Assembly (NCBI GenBank): GCA_951406725.2 | Contig: OX597816.1 | Coordinates: 180,110,001-180,174,000, forward strand | Direction of reading: 5' to 3' | DNA from: Octopus vulgaris | Lineage: Eukaryota | DNA length: 64,000 nt | Shown: one piece after another, positions 38,176 through 51,188 of the stretch | Layout: the number at the start of each line of letters is the position of its first letter | Position numbering within the stretch: position 1 is the first letter of the stretch | Made by a program: the position numbers and the translations under genes | Notes under the pieces: model-generated | Seen by the model: only the letters and a program-made list of their open reading frames with translations | Told to the model about the DNA's origin: nothing | Databases searched by the model: none

Positions 38176-38789
38176 TTCAATTAGTAGTGTACTTGTTCTT
38201 GCGGACAGATACGAATTATTTCTTTTTAAAACACACAATATCTATCACTGCCAGTCAGCACTTTTTATACAAACTCTCTAAATGTGACTTCGTACTTTCT
38301 GCAATACGTTTCGAAACGTTTTAGCGAGTACAAATTATTTCCTTCTTCTTTATTGCTTATCATCGCAAAAAAAAAAAAATTGATGCTAGATTTTCGATGT
38401 TATTTAGTTAAGCTTTTGTTGCTCAATTTTATCATTCCTGATGTTTGCCGCTTTTCTCGTAACATTTTCAAGGTCAGTTTTTCTCTGTTTTTCAACTAGT
38501 GTTGAATTAATCTCCTGGTGGGCCTCAGAGAAAATAACTGCAACCAATATTCAATTAAGTGTGTAAATTATGTACAGCCTGAAGAATAACAGCTTATTTT
38601 TAACTTAATCTCTGACATTCAAAGAGGTTCACAGAATGTAAAAAATTGAATTTAATTTTTTCTTTTATATTTAAATTTTTATGCTTTTTTATTAATGGAA
38701 TAAATCTTTATTCTTGTGTTTTTCTTTTTATTCAAATTTTGAAGAAGAAGAAGAAGAAGAAGAAATGTAGCATATTTGACAGCACTTGA

Positions 38790-39150
38790 AATTTATCCAG
38801 CCAGTCAGAAATGAGAAGTTGGATTTAGTGCAAAATCCATTAATATTGTCAATAATGTTCCCGATGATTGACAAAATAAAGTTTTTGGAACTGAAGAATG
38901 ATTCTAGGATACGATATAAGCTTAATAAGAAACTAATCCGAAAATCTGGTCTTTGATGGGTTCTTCCTGCCCAAAAGACGTGGAAAGTGCTATACATTTC
39001 ATTGTTTTCATTCGTCCCGACATATTGTTAGTGAAACGGAAATTTCAGAACTGCTGCATCTGAAAATGAAGCAACTAAATCGAATAAAATTCGTAATGAC
39101 CTGCGTTGTGTTCTTTCAAAACCCCTCCACGCATCCAAGAACTGGTAATA
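38790..39150 (+). pseudogene. hAT/Charlie (ZBED5-like) transposase C-terminal fragment
   Basis: FLELKNDS, SETEISELLHLKMKQLNR, NDLRCVLSK and PRIQELV across frameshifts. Confidence 0.7.
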
Positions 39151-39496
39151 AAAAGAAAAAAAATCACAGATTTACCATTGACTGTAATCTTCTACAGATT
39201 AAAATGAGTTATAATGATTTAATTCTCTTCTGAACTCTTTGCTTACTTTCGTTCTTTCGTGACATAGTTTGTAAAATAATTTGTTATGAATATAATTTAA
39301 AAAAAAACAACTTTTATTCAAGTTTTAAAATTCATCACCTTTCTATGTGGCCATCAAATCTACTATGTTTTATTGCAAAAATAATGTAAGCAAATGTGTA
39401 TATTAAAAAAACAAAAAAAACATTTTCAGTATTACATACATGTATTTGGAAATGACTGCCAATCTCAAAAAGAGGGCGATAACATTCTGAAATATT

Positions 39497-40628
39497 CTTT
39501 TCTACTCTAGGCACAAGGACTGAAATTTAGGGGATGGGGCCAGTCGATGAGATCAACCCCAGTACGTAACTGGTACTTAATTTATCGATTCTGAAAGCAT
39601 GAACGACAAAGTCGACCTCGGCGGAATTTGAACTCAGAACGAAACGGCAGACGAAATACCTATTTCTTTACTACCCACAAGGGGCTAAACACAGAGAGGA
39701 CAAACAAGGAGAGACAAACGGATTAAGTCGATTATATCGACCCCAGTGCGAAACTGGTACTTAATTTATCGACCCCGAGAGGATGAAAGGCAAAGTGGAC
39801 CTTGGCGGAATTTGAACTCAGAACGTAGCGGCAAACGAAATACCTATTTCTTTACTACCCACAAGGGGCTAAACACAGAGAGGACAAACAAGGAGAGACA
39901 AACGGATTAAGTCGATTATATCGACCCCAGTGCGAAACTGGTACTTAATTTATCGACCCCGAGAGGATGAAAGGCAAAGTGGACCTTGGCGGAATTTGAA
40001 CTCAGAACGTAGCGGCAAACGAAATACCTGTTTCTTTACTACCCACAAGGGGCTAAACACAGAGAGGACAAACAAGGAGAGACAAACGGATTAAGTCGAT
40101 TATATCGACCCCAGTGCGAAACTGGTACTTAATTTATCGACCCCGAGAGGATGAAAGGCAAAGTGGACCTTGGCGGAATTTGAACTCAGAACGTAGCGGC
40201 AAACGAAATACCTATTTCTTTACTACCCACAAGGGGCTAAACACAGAGAGGACAAACAAGGAGAGACAAACGGATTAAGTCGATTATATCGACCCCAGTG
40301 CGAAACTGGTACTTAATTTATCGACCCCGAGAGGATGAAAGGCAAAGTGGACCTTGGCGGAATTTGAACTCAGAACGTAGCGGCAAACGAAATACCTATT
40401 TCTTTATTACCCAGAAGGAGCTAATCACAGAGGGGACAAACAAGGACAGACATAGGTATTAAGTCGATTACATCGACCCAGTGCGTAACTGGTACTTAAT
40501 TTATCGACCCCGAAAGGATGAAAGGCAAAGTCGACCTCGGCGGAATTTGAACTCAGAACGTAACAGCAGACGAAATACCGCAAAGCATTTCGCCCGGCGC
40601 GCTAACGTTTCTGCCAGTTCGCCGCCTT
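39497..40628 (-). mobile_element. Family B SINE with an internally expanded 184-bp tandem unit
   Basis: Units start at 39661, 39845, 40029, 40213 and 40397 (period 184). A single tRNA-like head lies at 40628. Flanks aca(t)tctgaaatatt act as TSD. Confidence 0.92.
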
Positions 40629-40729
40629 GACATCTGAAATATTGCAAAATATAACTCTCCCCAAGCACAAAAAAAAAATTATTAAATGTTATTCATTTCT
40701 TTATTTTGACCAGTTATTTAATGCAATCC

Positions 40730-41537
40730 TTCGTCGCCTGCGTGCGACTTTCTGAACCCAGTGAGCCACGTCTGCGACTCCAGTTGGAACTCTTTCAAAA
40801 ATTATTCACTTTATTGTCGCTAAATATCATTGAAAATACATGAACGTCACAACGCAACACAGCCCACCGTTTTACCGCCCAAAATTCGTGGATCCGAGCG
40901 CACTTGTAAAAATATAGTAGTTTGAATTCAAATTTTGAAGCATTTCGTGTATTTTAGGCATCATCACTTCTACAAGTTATCAGTTTAAGTGCAACAGAGT
41001 TATTTCCCTTAAGTAGAACTATACGTGCGTGTTTTTTTCTGCATCGTGCATCAGTCACACCCTTCTCGCTCTTACAGCTCTCTCTCTCTCTCTTTCTCCT
41101 TCTCTTTTCCTCTCTCGGTTACTCTCTCCCTCTTTCTAACTTCGTCTTTTTCCCCCCGATTCCATCCTCTTGAAACGCATTAATCTGCCGTCACTCTCTC
41201 ACTCTCCCCCTCAACGATTGCCATTCACGTACGCCCTCACGCAAAGTCGCTTCTGCCTTCTCTCTCCTTCCTCTCTGTCTATCTTCCTTTCCATTTCCTT
41301 TCTCTGTCTCTCTCTCTCTCTCTCTTTTTTCTCTCTTCCTCCTTTTTTCCTCTGAACACGTTAGTCTCCCCTTCACTCTTTCACTCCCACCTTCACCGAA
41401 AGCCACTCACACATTGACTCTCTCTCTCCTTTTCTCTCTCTCTCTCTCTCACTCTCACTCAATCGCTTTCACTCATCTGCCTGTCTGTCTCTCTATCTCT
41501 ACGTTGGTCTCACTCATAGTTGAATGTTCAGAAAAAC
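40730..41537 (+). promoter_or_regulatory. Probable promoter / 5' UTR of the cPKC gene
   Basis: Repeat-poor and relatively CpG-rich at 40730-40900. Inr-like TCAGTT (40980) and TCAGTC (41051). A long CT-rich tract (41060-41500) lies before the ATG. The tract could instead be a 3' splice acceptor (catag at 41515-41519). Confidence 0.45.
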
Positions 41538-41686
41538 ATGGCTGACACGGAGAACATTCCTCTGAAAGGAGTCCAGCGCCGGGGAGCTTTACGCCAGAAA
41601 AATGTATTCGAGGTGAAAAATCACAAATTTGTTCCCCGATTTTTCAAGCAGCCGACTTTTTGTAGTCACTGCAAGGATTTTATTTG
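41538..41686 (+). CDS. PRKCA: First coding exon of a conventional (Ca2+/DAG-dependent) protein kinase C, PKC alpha/beta or Aplysia Apl I type (partial gene)
   Basis: ATG at 41538 reads [49 protein letters not shown](W): cPKC pseudosubstrate [10 protein letters not shown] plus C1A start [19 protein letters not shown]. Ends at TG|GTATGT, a phase-2 donor within the W codon, as I recall for vertebrate PRKCA exon 1. Missing from the ORF track because it is short. The symbol denotes the family, not strict orthology. Confidence 0.95.
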
Positions 41687-41752
41687 GTATGTCAGTTAAT
41701 TTCTATTTGTCTATCTTTACAATTCTAAGGAAAAAATCACTGTCTGTACATG

Positions 41753-41801
<49 letters not shown>

Positions 41802-41954
41802 ATTGTATGTGCGAATAGTTGTTGATATCCCTCTCAACTCACTTTGCTTCTCTGCTTCATGTATGTAACTCTAAAGTCTAAAAAACACTGACAGTGCGAT
41901 CGGGAAAGAGATAGACAGAGAGAGAAGTAGATGGATCGCTAGATTGACAATATA

Positions 41955-42011
<57 letters not shown>

Positions 42012-42930
42012 TGTGTGTACATACGTGAGTGAGTGAGAGAGAGAGAGGAGAGAGATTGCGAGACGGATGGATAAAAAACATTGATATATAAATCCAAATC
42101 TTGACAGATAATTATAAATGTATATACATAGAAAGACATGCAGTTTGTGGTCTTTTATTTGTTTTTTATGGGGTTTTTTTTTCTTCCCATATCTTTTTAT
42201 TTATCTCGGCGGTGTTTTTTTGCTCCGGTTTTACTTCACCAACAACACCAACAACAATAAAAAGGCATCAACTTACTACTACTGCTGTTACTTTTAGAAC
42301 AACCCCACCAAACACCACTTTTCGGTGCCCAAACATCGGCACCAACCACAAACTCTCACCACCCTCACGTCTCCTCAACACTGCCCATCATCATCATCAT
42401 CATCATCATCATAACCATCAATCTTGTCGTTCCTCTTCAGCATTCCTTCATCATCATCATCATCATCACCATCGTTGGTGCCTTTGACTTGATCTCAAGT
42501 GCGCGTGTGTCTACATACATCGTTGAAAAAGTACTGGATACTATAATAGATAGGTGTGTGCGCGTAAAACTGTAGATGTGTGTAATATGTATCGACGCAC
42601 AAATTGTATGTATTTGTATGTGACTGCGTGTGGTGCGTGTTTGCGTATATGTATGTATGTGCCTCTGTTTCAGTGTCTATATCTGAAAGAATTCTATGTA
42701 TGTGTGAACGAACCTATGTCTGTATATGTTCTTTATATTGCATCTATGTTTGTACGTGTCTGTATTTGTAAATACCTTTATGTATGCCGTATGTGCCTAA
42801 TATACATGCTTGTATCTACATGCCTATAAGTGTAAACAAGCGTCTGAAGTGTGGGTTTATATATATGTAAACATAAGAGTGTTGGTATGTGTCGATGTGT
42901 AAATATGTGTTTGTGCCCACAGAATTCCAG

Positions 42931-42992
<62 letters not shown>

Positions 42993-43039
42993 CCTCTCTC
43001 TCTCTCTATCTATCTATCTGTCTGTTTATCTATCTATCC

Positions 43040-43078
<39 letters not shown>

Positions 43079-43101
43079 CATCTATCCATCTATTTATCTA
43101 T

Positions 43102-43151
<50 letters not shown>

Positions 43152-43160
43152 GTCTATCTA
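42931..43160 (+). repeat. (TATC)n microsatellite
   Basis: Direct read. Confidence 0.97.
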
Positions 43161-43876
43161 CAGCTATTGAACGAAATGTTCTAACATCAACAAATATCCT
43201 TATTAGCTATTAATGAAATATGTACCAGTTACATACTGTTTGCCGATTCACTTGACTACACCTACCCCTGCAAACGAGAGTGGCTTTGTGCCAATGTAAG
43301 AGACTGTAGTAGTAGTAACAACACTATCAAATGGCAGAAACGGTAGAGAGCCAGACTAAAATACCTTTCGGTATTTAGTTTCTTTTTGACTTTTCCGAGT
43401 TCAAATCCAGTCGCGGTCGACTTTGTTTTCATTTTTCCAGAGCCAGTAAAATGAATATCCCCGTGATATCCAACCAGTGGTTTTGGAACTTATTTGTCGC
43501 GGAACCCTTATGACAATTTCCCGAAAACCGCATAACCCCATACCTATATTCACAGACAACCCTCGCCACCCAAAATTTTAATAGGAAATTGAAGTAAAAC
43601 AAAATTGTTATTGGGAAGAATATACTGATAGTGATACATGCGTGTGTGTGTGTGTGTGCGTATTGTTTGAATAAAATGGTTAACGCTGTTTTCATTATTA
43701 AATTTTATTAAAAGATATTTCGTAGAAATCGAGAATTTTTTTCGCGGAACACCGGAGTTCCTTGTAACTCATATTGGTTTAATAGACTGTAATAGATTAT
43801 ACTCTTTGTCAAAAGCCTGTGGCCCTATGTCCGTGTTTAAAAGTACTTGTTGGTGGTGGTGTCAATATTGTATTAT

Positions 43877-44872
43877 AAGGCGGCGAGCTGGCAGAAATGT
43901 TAGCGCGCCGGGCGAAATGCTTAGCAGTATTTCGTCTGCCGCTACGTTCTGAGTTCAAATTCCGCTGAGGTCGACTTTGCCTTTCATCCTTTCGGGGTCG
44001 ATTAAATAAGTACCAGTTACGCACTGGGGTCGATATAATCGACTTAATCCGTTTGTCTGTCCTTGTTTGTCCTCTCTGTGTTTAGCCGTGGTCAACTTTG
44101 CCTTTCATCCTTTCGGGGTCGATAAATTAAGTATCAGTTACATACCGGGGTCAATCTAATCCCCCAAAATTTCGGGCCATGTACCTACAGTAGAAAAGAA
44201 TATTGTTTTTGTTGTTGCTAGCCCTCAGGGCGGAATGCTTAGCCATATTTCGCCTGTTGCTACGTTCTGAGTTCAAATTCTACTGAGGTCGATTTTGCCT
44301 TTCATCCTTTTGGGGTCAATAAATTAGGTACCAGTGAAACACTGGGATCGATGTAATCGCCTAGTCCCCTCTCCCCACATTTCAAGCCTTGTGCCTTTAG
44401 TAGAAAGGATTATGATTATTATTATTGTTGTTGTTGTAAGTTAAGGCAGAATCGTTGGCACGCTGGTCAAACGGCATTTTGGCCGTCTTTACGTTCTGAG
44501 TTCAATTTCCGCTGTGGTAAACTTTGTTTTTCATCGTTTAGGGTCGATAAATTAAGTACCAGTCAAGTACTGGCGTTGATGTAATCGACTAGCGCTCTCC
44601 CCACCTTTACGTTCTGAGTTCAAACCCCACCGAAGTCGACTTTGCCTTCCATCCCTTCGGAATCGATAAAATAAGTACCAATCAAGTACTGGTGTGGATG
44701 TAATCGACTTCCCCCTCCCCTCAAAAACTATTGATCTATGTCAACATTTGAAACTGTTATTATTATTGTTGTTTCGGGAGTCAATAATTACCAGTGAAGC
44801 ACTGGGGGTCGATGTAATTGACTAGTCTCCTCCCCCAAAATTTCAGGCCTTGTGCCCTTAGTTGAAAGGATT
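43877..44872 (+). mobile_element. Cluster of family B SINEs
   Basis: Head aaggcggcgagctggcagaa at 43877, then several further core copies. Confidence 0.88.
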
Positions 44873-45710
44873 GTTATTGTTGTTGTTATTAAATATGTCA
44901 GCTGAGTCTATCTTGAAGATCGACCTTCCTGTGGTAAGAAACAGCGGGCTATCTTCTGTTTCGTACTTGCTACGGCGAAGAAAGTTGTTACCTTGGAGAA
45001 CATAGCGTTTCCTCTCAAGCCAAACCTTCATTTATTTTTTTCAAGTACCACTTAAAAGGTTAAGGTACAGACTGAGCTAAGGATAGAGATAGAGAGAGGG
45101 GTGAGTAGGAAACTCTCCCCTGGCTAGTAAATTTTATGAAATTTGGATAGAGTGGGGGAACTAGTGTTGTTAAATGGGTCTCTTCTATGCAGCTAGACTG
45201 GCGACAAAACGTGGAAAAAGGCACTTGTCTTTGGTGTGTTAGGGTAATTCAGGTTTGATATGCGTGAGTACCGCATGTTGCCTTATGTGGTTGTTCACCA
45301 TTGCAGCGATGCTCGTTGCTTTGTTGCTATTCACTGTCATTACTATTTTATTTTATCAACGTACTTTTATTGTCTTGATCTCACCTTTCTACTCGATGTA
45401 AACCCATCGTTCTCTTTCTTGTATGTTCTTTCCATTTCTATATCACTTTTGTACTATCGCCGACGTCTAGACAATAAAGAAATTATCAATAAGCTTTTTT
45501 TATTTTCTCCCTATGAAACTTAGACGTTGAGATTCGTCGTTATCGTTGTTGTTACGTTGATTTTAGATGCCAGTTCTCCTCCCCCTCCTTAAAATTTGGT
45601 TCTGCTCTTGAGGGCTGTTATCGTTCATGTTGATCGAACACATGTATGTTTGGGAGTTATCATTGAAATCAAATACCAGTTATATGTGTGTGTGTATATA
45701 TATATATGTG

Positions 45711-45783
<73 letters not shown>

Positions 45784-46859
45784 CTCATTGCTTTGAAATC
45801 ATTATTGACACTTCCGATCCAGGTGCAATGTGGTGGTATTACCGGCATCCCTACGTTACAGAAGAGTGGCATTGCTGATAATATTACCGTAAAGTGGAAT
45901 TTTGTTACACATATTTTTCCAAAGTCAGTGGAAAACAGATTTCATGTTACAGGATTCTACGTTACGGCAAGATTTTCAGACAAACAACGTTTCCGTAACG
46001 CGGAGATGCTGTATATTGGTCGAAGGCTGGCAGCCAATCATTTGAGGTCAAAACGCACATTCTGAAGTTGAACGTTTTAAGCGAAAAAACTCAGGAATTA
46101 TTTCTCATCACAACAATTTATTTGCTTGAAACATGGAATCGATTATTTTCACAAGTTTAACCAGAAAGTGAGGAACACGTTTTTTCACAAAAACACATAC
46201 AAAATAGTCACTGAAAAATTTTTCTGAACTTTGTTGTCGAAGATTCAGACTCAACTAAACAAAGCATCACTCTTAATTCCTAATTTCTTCTCACCTTTAA
46301 TCTTCAGCCATATTGCAGACTGCAATGCTGCAATATTTACCTTCCATCACACCTTTAGCAAACAACAGAAAACGTGATTTTTGTGGGGTTTTTTTTTTAA
46401 TATTCGTTTGTTGTTGTTTTGCACGCTGGCAGCAACCATAGAAAGACATTGGATTGCTTCGCTGTTAAAATCTCGGCTGTGACTTTCTGATGTATATCGA
46501 GTGGAAAGATTTAAGACTTGTTTATTACTAGGATCCCCACTGATCATGCTCTAATGTTTTTTACAAGTGGGAAGGCTGTAAGTTTCGAAAAACCAATGAA
46601 CAAAATGCCGTATTTAAATACAGTTAAGAGCTTTTTTTATTATTATTTATCCACCACCCTGGCAAAAAAAAAAGTGGGGGGGGATTATATTGTTGCAAAT
46701 TCTGCGTTCTTGCAGAGAAAAAGGCGGGGCTGGGAACAAAATTTTCACTAATATTTTGATGAGAGCTGGTATTTGTCCCTTGAAGAAACACTGCCATATT
46801 CGACAAGGATTCTCAAGGAATCTTTGTCGAATATGGCAGTTTGCAACATCCAAGCAATT

Positions 46860-47060
46860 TCTCAGGAAGAAAATGCAGAAGTTTGGAATCGATCTTCCTT
46901 TCCAGTATTCTCACTGATTGGAATTGCAGCTCCTTTAGCAATGAGAATAGTTTTGCCGTCGTAAATACACGAACCTCAGTCGAGGATTATATTGCGCTGG
47001 TCACGACCGTTCTGTCAAGCTTCCATACAAAAATACTGAAACTTGCCACACCCACAAAAA
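46860..47060 (+). pseudogene. Possible hAT C-terminal dimerisation-domain relic
   Basis: W..SSFPVFSLI and ILTDWNCSSFSNENSFAVV weakly resemble FP.L...LT.PVSSA.SERSFS. Confidence 0.3.
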
Positions 47061-48235
47061 GAGCATGTCGATTACAAAGAGCTGCAACATCGCCATTTCT
47101 AAGATTAACTTTAAAGTAGCTCAACGACAATCAATGCACTTGGAAAAAGAAAAAGAAAAAAAAGGCTGTCTCTGTAAAAGTGGGCCAACGATTTTGCACG
47201 GTTTAGTTAGTTTGTCTAGTTTCATTGATGTGAATAATTGCCTTTCAACATCTCATCTGTGACTTCAAATTGGCGTAGTAACTCCATCTTAACTGACTGT
47301 TTCTTCGTTTTCCTGTATTTTAAACAAGGTTTTGTTTTTTTTCTTTATACCTAGGTATGAAAGGGTTTTGAAATGGTTTTTTTTTTTCTTTGCTTTGTTT
47401 TTTGGTCTATAATTCTGGAATATATCCTTCTGAAACGACATGACTGTTATATTTAAACTCGGAGATCACTATCAAAGGTTTCTTTTTTTCTTTCTTGTGT
47501 GTGTGTGTGTGTGTGATAGTTATACTCTGAGTTTAAATATAACAGAAAAAATATTGTTATTCGACTTATAACTATGTTCGTAACACGTATTTCCCCCACC
47601 TATACAATTATTTGAAACCAATTACAATTAAATCTTGCCGCTTTCTCTGATTGGTGAAATATTTATTAAGAAAAAGGATTAAGCAGGTCTTTGATGATCA
47701 AGTTATTGACTCCTCGCTCTCAAAATTGTGAACACGAGCGATAGTAGTAAGAAACAATAAACAACGCCTTGTTACGAACTATTCACTAACAATAGGTTGC
47801 TATTCTGCTTTCTAGATGCCTATCCAATCTATTTCCTGTCATAAATTCTTTATGAAAGCAGCATTTCTGTGTGTGTGTGTGTGTGGGGGGGGATTCGGGT
47901 CTGAAGGCAGAGCATCTTCACAGGTGAGATTGATGTTGTTGACGTTGCGCTTTGATTATTGAAAGTTGACGCCTACAAGGAATGATGTGCAGTAAGAAAG
48001 TTCCAGAGAGGCGATGTTCCGAAAAGAAAGGACTGGGTGTATCGGTTAGTACAGGGCCTAGGGTGAATACGATATGGATGCTGAGAAGAGAGATGAGTGA
48101 GTCGAGAATACTTGAGAAGAGATGGCAGAAGATCAACCAGCCCAAGGAGCAGAGGCTATTGTTGTTTCGGTAGAAAGAGGTTAGAGCATGTCTGTGAGCT
48201 AGTTACTTTGTATATTTGTGAGTAACTTCATGCCA

Positions 48236-49190
48236 GTCAGTCGAGCATACTATCAGATTCCACTTTGAAACGACAATAAAAGATACACTACATTTCAAGA
48301 TGTTGAACGCTTATTCAGTTTACAAGAAAAGCCTTTGCTGTGACTGATGCTGTAAGCACTTCTCAAAGAGTGATGAAAAGTATAATTACCGACATTGATA
48401 TAAAAAGATTTGACACCTTCCTCGGCCATGTTATTGTTGGCAAAACTATTGAGGAGCTCGATAAGGACATGGTTTCATTGATTTCACGTTCTCAGAAACC
48501 TCACATATATTTAAACAAGGCAATTTTCTTTCCCACCAAACACACCTTTGCTTCCTATGAGACGCATACAAAAACGTAATTCTCTGCAACCTGACATGGA
48601 AGATTTGAAATCTGTTGTTGAATACCCAATGTCAAGCAATGCTAAACAACTACAACGTCTACAAAGTTTGTTAAGTTACAACCTTTTCTCCTTTCTTAGA
48701 TGTTATTCATCTACTTAATGCTTCAATGTTTAATCTTTATCTTACCGAAATTCCACTACATGCTGAAACTGCTTTTGGTGGACAGTTATGGATATCTTTC
48801 ACGGTATAATAAACCTGTTGCTTTCTTCTCCAGAATTCTTTATCAGTCTGAACCTGAACAAAATATTCATCAATTGGATAGGAAATAGCAGCTATCATAG
48901 AAAGTGTTTAGAAATGGTGCTTTAATTTTTTTTTTTTTCACTTCGAGGCTGTTTTATATTACACATTGCTCAACGAGCGATCTCATCTATATTTAGTCAC
49001 AAAAGAGACGAGGAAATGAAGAATAAGTTTCTTCCTAGCCGCATGGTATTGTTATCACTCTACAATTATGACATCCGACACATACCTGACAAAGATAACA
49101 CAGCTGCTAATTCTCTTACCAACTGTTCCTTCATACCATCTGTGGAATCACGGATTTACATAAAGTTTTGTGTCATCCTGGAGTGATTTG
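48236..49190 (+). pseudogene. Decayed Ty3/Gypsy pol (RT and RNase H)
   Basis: RAYYQIPL*NDNKRYTTF, FAVTDAVSTSQRVMKSII...TFLGHVIVGKTIEELDK, GYLSRYNKPVAFFSRIL and EIAAIIESV*KW. Confidence 0.85.
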
Positions 49191-49259
49191 ATTATGAATG
49201 TCGAAGCTAAGAAATGGCTGATACTTGTGCATGTTAAAAACGAAACAAACTTTTAGAAT

Positions 49260-49467
49260 TGATTTCAAATTTTGGTACGAGGCTACCAATATCGGGGGAG
49301 GGGTACGCCTATCACATCGACTCCCAATGTTCAACTGATACTTATTTTATCGATCCCGGAAGGATGAAAGGTGAAGTTGACCTCGGCAGAAGTTGACGGT
49401 AAAGACGGAAGAAATGCCGCGAAGCATTTTGCTTGGCGGGTTAATGATTCTGCCAGTTCGCCGCCTT
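49260..49467 (-). mobile_element. Family B SINE
   Basis: Core plus head ending cgccgcctt. Confidence 0.85.
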
Positions 49468-49520
49468 ATTATATTCTTAGAATTGACACCACAATATTAC
49501 CATCCTTCTCATGCCAAACT

Positions 49521-49736
49521 TAAGGGATGCTGAAAAGTTCCTGGCTTTTGTTAAAAGAAAATACAGGAGGATCAGTTAATTATGATTTTAGTCAACATAT
49601 TCCCCTCTCAGATTCACATTTATTGCAGCAGTCCTTCAGTTTTTCTAAGCTCTGTAAAAGAACTGGGAAGGTTGGGCCTCCAACCAGGCCTTTCGTGACA
49701 GCCTTAAAGGCAGGAACTTTCCAGCACTCCCTCGTA
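49521..49736. mobile_element. mariner-type MITE
   Basis: Ends taagggatgctgaaaagttcctg / caggaactttccagcactccctcgta: an imperfect TIR with TA termini. Confidence 0.8.
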
Positions 49737-49952
49737 ACGCATCCACACATTTGAGCATCTCAGTGACGGCTTCAGAGGTCTTCTACCATCGTCTAACTGA
49801 CACGTTTACTTGTTTGTGTTTATAAACTCCAATATTTACATGTGACAACTCCTTTAGTAAGTCGCTAATATTTCAAAATATAGTCTTCATGTTTGTTACC
49901 CCAACTTCAGTCCAACCAGATCGAGAATAATAATCAGACTTCATCGCAGTAA

Positions 49953-50390
49953 TCTCTTATTATAAAAGGCAGATTTTAGCTGCCTCCCTTTGGGAGTTAT
50001 ACAAATCTACAATATAGGATTTCTTCAATTACAATTTACCTAGCATTTTTAAGAGTACAATGCATCGCGTCATGCCAGGTCCAGTTTTTAAAATTTAAAC
50101 TCCAATTAAGCAAAATTTACAGAAAACTCACATTCTGGTGTGTGTGTCAAATGCTTTTCTTAGTCTGGTTTACACCACACGCAAACGCACACACACAGTG
50201 GGCAACGAATAACATGAAAGTAAATAGCGACAGAGTGATTTGAGGAAGACTAAACTGAAAGTATTCTGTCTATGACGCTGATAGATACATGAGTAAAATG
50301 TATGAGAAGCTAAGAGCTAAGAGTGAGTGAAAATGTTCTTGGAAGAGAGTAAATAGCGAGAGAGAGAGAGTGATTTGAGGAAGACTTTAC
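49953..50390 (+). mobile_element. Probable non-autonomous Helitron 5' portion
   Basis: Starts A|TCtcttattataaaaggca, like 62252. No 3' CTAG end was found. Confidence 0.45.
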
Positions 50391-50717
50391 ATTAAATAAC
50401 GGTAGTGGCTTGTGTTAGAAATAAAGTAAACATACACTCATACATACATACATACATACATACATACATACATACATACATACATACATACATACATACA
50501 TACATACATACATACATACACACACATACATACACACACACATACATACATACACACATACATACATACATACATACATATACATACATACATACACACA
50601 CACACATACATACACACAGTATTGAAGCTTGAGAACAATCAGATACATTTGCAACACATCTGTTGGAAATATTATTGTTCACACACATACATATACATAT
50701 ATACATACAGACAGACA

Positions 50718-50753
<36 letters not shown>

Positions 50754-50789
50754 ATCCAGCATGGCCACAACCTCAAGGCTGAAACATAT

Positions 50790-51170
50790 AAAACAATAAC
50801 AGAATATAAATGTGTGCAAAGTACAAGAAATATTAATGCAGTATATGGGGATTGGACAATAAGCGTAAGGCAGTGTCAATGGTGGTTCCAGAAATCCCGA
50901 GCCATAAACTACAGCCTAGAAGACGAGCCTCATCCTGAAAGATCTGTAGAACTCGACAAGGACATCCTGAAAACCCTGGTGGAACAAAATCTCATCGTAA
51001 CTGTTGAGGAACTAGCAGAGAAGCTTGGATTTGGTCATTCAACCATTCATTGAGACCTGTGTGTTATCGGAAAAGTCAGCAAATTGGGTCAGTGGGTTCC
51101 TCACGAACTTTCCGAGTCTAATTGCATGCAGAGAGTGAATGTATGCTTTTCTTTGCTGTCACATCTCACC
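50790..51170 (+). pseudogene. mariner (Mos1/SETMAR-like) transposase N-terminal fragment
   Basis: TRNINAVYG..TISVRQCQWWFQK...SLEDEPH...TVEELAEKLG..HSTIH*..GKVSKLGQWVPHELSE: HTH plus the WVPHEL motif, with an internal stop. Confidence 0.9.
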
Positions 51171-51188
51171 ACTACTGCGCTATGTATA

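Noticed and set aside
39661-40580. Regularly spaced repeats suggestive of a CRISPR array
   Set aside because: Whole 184-bp units are repeated with no unique spacers; the sequence is SINE-internal in a eukaryote, and there are no cas genes.
42101-42487. 128-aa ORF with poly-His runs just inside the PKC intron
   Set aside because: Derived from (CAT)n/(CAA)n repeats, with no ATG start and no recognisable domain.
45165-45630. Possible solo LTR (TG start, AATAAA at about 45472)
   Set aside because: No second copy, TSD or clear TG..CA pair could be established by eye.
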